A stretch of 64,000 nt of DNA from Vulcanimicrobiota bacterium (GTDB lineage Bacteria > Vulcanimicrobiota > Vulcanimicrobiia > Eremiobacterales > Eremiobacteraceae). Positions 61,979 through 64,000 of the stretch are shown piece after piece. The stretch spans positions 64,001 through 128,000 of the forward strand of contig CAWDVP010000004.1 in the NCBI GenBank assembly GCA_963805945.1, given 5' to 3'. The notes under the pieces are model-generated. The model did not search any database, was not told the DNA's origin, and was given only the letters and a program-made list of their open reading frames with translations. A program made the position numbers and the translations under genes. How positions within the stretch are numbered: position 1 is the first letter of the stretch; every line of letters begins with the position of its first letter.

Positions 61979-62545
61979 ACGCGGCGGCGCGCGCGAGCAG
62001 CAGCGCGCGCTCTTCGATCGTCGCACCGAGCGTGCCGGCGTCGGTGGTGACGCTGACGGCACCTCGCGCGAGCGAGGCATCCGCGACGACATCCGCCTCG
62101 CGGCTCGGCCGGAACGCGATCGCATCCTCGGGATGAAGATGGATCGCGGCGCGGCCCACGCGGCCGCACGCCCGTAGCGCTTCATCGACGTAACGCGTCA
62201 GCTCGTCCGCGTCGGCCGCGACGGCTTTGCGCAGCGCGCGGGCGCAGGCGATGGCGGCGAAGCGGATCGCCTCTTCCCGCAGCGCGACGTGAGCCTCTTC
62301 TTCATCGCGTACGCGCCTGCGGTCGTGGCGTACGGCGGTGAGCCTCATCGCCTCCGCCATCACGTTCGACATCAGCCTCGGGCTCGCGCGACTCGACGAT
62401 CTCCGTGACCGGAGCGTTCGCCGCGCGCGCTGTCGGCGATGACGGTGATTTGTTCGAGAACCGGCATGATCTCCGACGGGACATCGGCCTGAGGCGCCCC
62501 GTGCCGCCGCGGGCGCAGCGGCACGAACTCACGCTCGTCGTGCAT
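61971..62545 (-). CDS. fliH: FliH-like export protein (frameshifted)
   Basis: IHLHPED, DASLARG, GTLGATIEER; lies between fliF and fliI. Confidence 0.72.
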
Positions 62546-63935
62546 CGTGCAGACATGCCTCGACGGAAGCGCGGCGCAGCGGGCCGTAGGATTCCAGCAC
62601 GCGCTCGCGCAGCCCGCGCGGCAGCGACGAGAGCACGTACGCCGCCGTGCGCGGCGATTCGCGATCGAGCGTGTCGCGCAAGCGGCTCACGACGGGATCG
62701 GCGGGCTTGGCTGTGCGATGCGGCCAAAACGTCAGGCACAGCGCGACCATGAGCACCGCCGCGGCGGGCAGCACCGCGCGGGCGAACGGCGCGGGTGGCG
62801 GCACTGCAGGCGCAGCCTTCGCGGCGAACGGCACCGCCTCGACCACCACCTCGTCGCCTGCTTCGAGGTCCGCGCCGGCGGCCGCGCGCACCAACGCGGC
62901 GATCGGCTGCGAACGCTCGGCATCCGTGCGCGCCGCGTCGAGAAAGACCGCCACAGAGATCTTGGCGAGCGCGTCGGCGGCGGTCGAGCGGTGCTCGATG
63001 ATGGTGTCGTACGCATAGTGCCGCGCCGTGCGCTCCTTGGAAAGCCGCCGGCCGTTCTCAAGCCCGTGCTCGCTGCCGGTGTCGGCGTCGAGCAGTCCAT
63101 GCGGCACCACACGTGTGCTCTGCACTGTGCTCTCGGCGCCCTGGCTGCGCACGCTCACGCGCACTACCGCGGCGCCGGCGCCGAGCACCGCGTCGAGCGC
63201 TGTCTGCACGTTCGCCTGGATGCGCGTCTCGCGGCTCGCGGCGCGATCGGGTGCGGCAGCGCCGAGCAACGCGCCCGAGCCGTCCACGATCGCCACGCGA
63301 TCCGGATTGAGTCCCGGATATCCCGCGGCGACGAAACGGCGGATGCCGGCGACGGTCGACGCCGCCAGCTGCACGCCGGGCTGCAGGATGAGCTGCACGC
63401 TCGCGCTCGGCGGCGAACGCTCCGCTTCGTCCGCGAACGCGTCTCCGCTCGCCGGCGCGATGACCACCGACGCATCCGCGACGCCGTCCATGCGCCGCAG
63501 CCCGCTCACCAAGTCTCCCTCGATGCCGGAGCGGCGGCGATCGTCGACGACCTCAGGCGGCGCGAGCGGGTTGTCTTGGGTCTGGAGCACGTCCGCCGTG
63601 GTCGGCACGTAATGATGAGGCAGATCGGCGAGCGCCAAGCGCAGCAGCAGATCGCGCCGGCGATGGGCGTTGACGAAGATCTGCGTGCCTTGGGCGTCGG
63701 CGGAGAACGGCTCGTTCCACAGCGTGAGCGCCTGCGCGACTTCTGCGACTTGCCGCGGGTGCAGCGGCGCGTCGAACAGCGCGACCGGAGCGGCGCCGCG
63801 CACGACCAGCGCGATGACAGTTGCCACGACCACACAGGCGGCGGCAGCGCCAAGCGCCGCGGTCCGGCGTCGCCGTATCCAGAAGACGCAGTCCTCGACG
63901 ACGCGGGGCAGTTTCGCGGGCAGCAGGGCCAGCAC
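62529..63935 (-). CDS. fliF: Flagellar MS-ring protein FliF with a short FliG-like tail
   Basis: TM1, IEGDL...GVADASV, PSASVQL, PGLNPDRVAIVD, ISVAV, TM2. Confidence 0.85.
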   Translation of the reverse strand: MLALLPAKLPRVVEDCVFWIRRRRTAALGAAAACVVVATVIALVVRGAAPVALFDAPLHPRQVAEVAQALTLWNEPFSADAQGTQIFVNAHRRRDLLLRLALADLPHHYVPTTADVLQTQDNPLAPPEVVDDRRRSGIEGDLVSGLRRMDGVADASVVIAPASGDAFADEAERSPPSASVQLILQPGVQLAASTVAGIRRFVAAGYPGLNPDRVAIVDGSGALLGAAAPDRAASRETRIQANVQTALDAVLGAGAAVVRVSVRSQGAESTVQSTRVVPHGLLDADTGSEHGLENGRRLSKERTARHYAYDTIIEHRSTAADALAKISVAVFLDAARTDAERSQPIAALVRAAAGADLEAGDEVVVEAVPFAAKAAPAVPPPAPFARAVLPAAAVLMVALCLTFWPHRTAKPADPVVSRLRDTLDRESPRTAAYVLSSLPRGLRERVLESYGPLRRASVEACLHDARRA

Positions 63936-63937
63936 GA

Positions 63938-64000
63938 TTAGAGCTGCGTCTGCAGCAGCGTCGAGACGGCGTTGCTGACGCGCGAGGCGGTGATCGCCGC
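63938..64000 (-). CDS. fliE: FliE C-terminus (partial)
   Basis: AAITASRVSNAVSTLLQTQL-stop directly upstream of fliF. Confidence 0.6.
   Translation of the reverse strand, partial: AAITASRVSNAVSTLLQTQL

Overview
A 64 kb, very GC-rich stretch of a diderm bacterial chromosome. Gene style and repertoire suggest a soil lineage such as Ca. Eremiobacterota, but this is an impression and was not tested. Many genes are broken by single-base frameshifts, densest from about 52 kb onward, which looks like long-read consensus error rather than gene decay. The left two-thirds is mostly housekeeping: SNF2 helicase, citrate synthase, aconitase, isocitrate dehydrogenase, peptide ABC permeases, tRNA-Leu, two ECF sigma/anti-sigma pairs, an EgtB-like enzyme, a KS/SRPBCC/FAD-oxidoreductase operon, P5C dehydrogenase with a MocR regulator, rhodanese, MoeB and LutABC. 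From 42.5 to 58.9 kb there is a metal-homeostasis island: two TonB-dependent receptors, MauE/TlpA, alpha-carbonic anhydrase, two DUF3105 proteins, NRAMP, DtxR/MntR, Fur/Zur and ZnuABC. It is followed by a HigBA-like module and a flagellar fliE-fliF-fliH-fliI segment. The strongest candidate for a new system: each TonB receptor is preceded by a paralogous ~200-220 aa polytopic membrane leader ORF ending in R-P-P-P. The RNA at or just after those codons can sequester the receptor's Shine-Dalgarno sequence, directly in one case and through alternative hairpins in the other. This suggests metal-responsive ribosome-arrest attenuation related to, but structurally unlike, CruR/DUF2946. Two REP-like palindrome families (15 copies seen) are scattered through the window, two of them translated in frame inside the MocR regulator.
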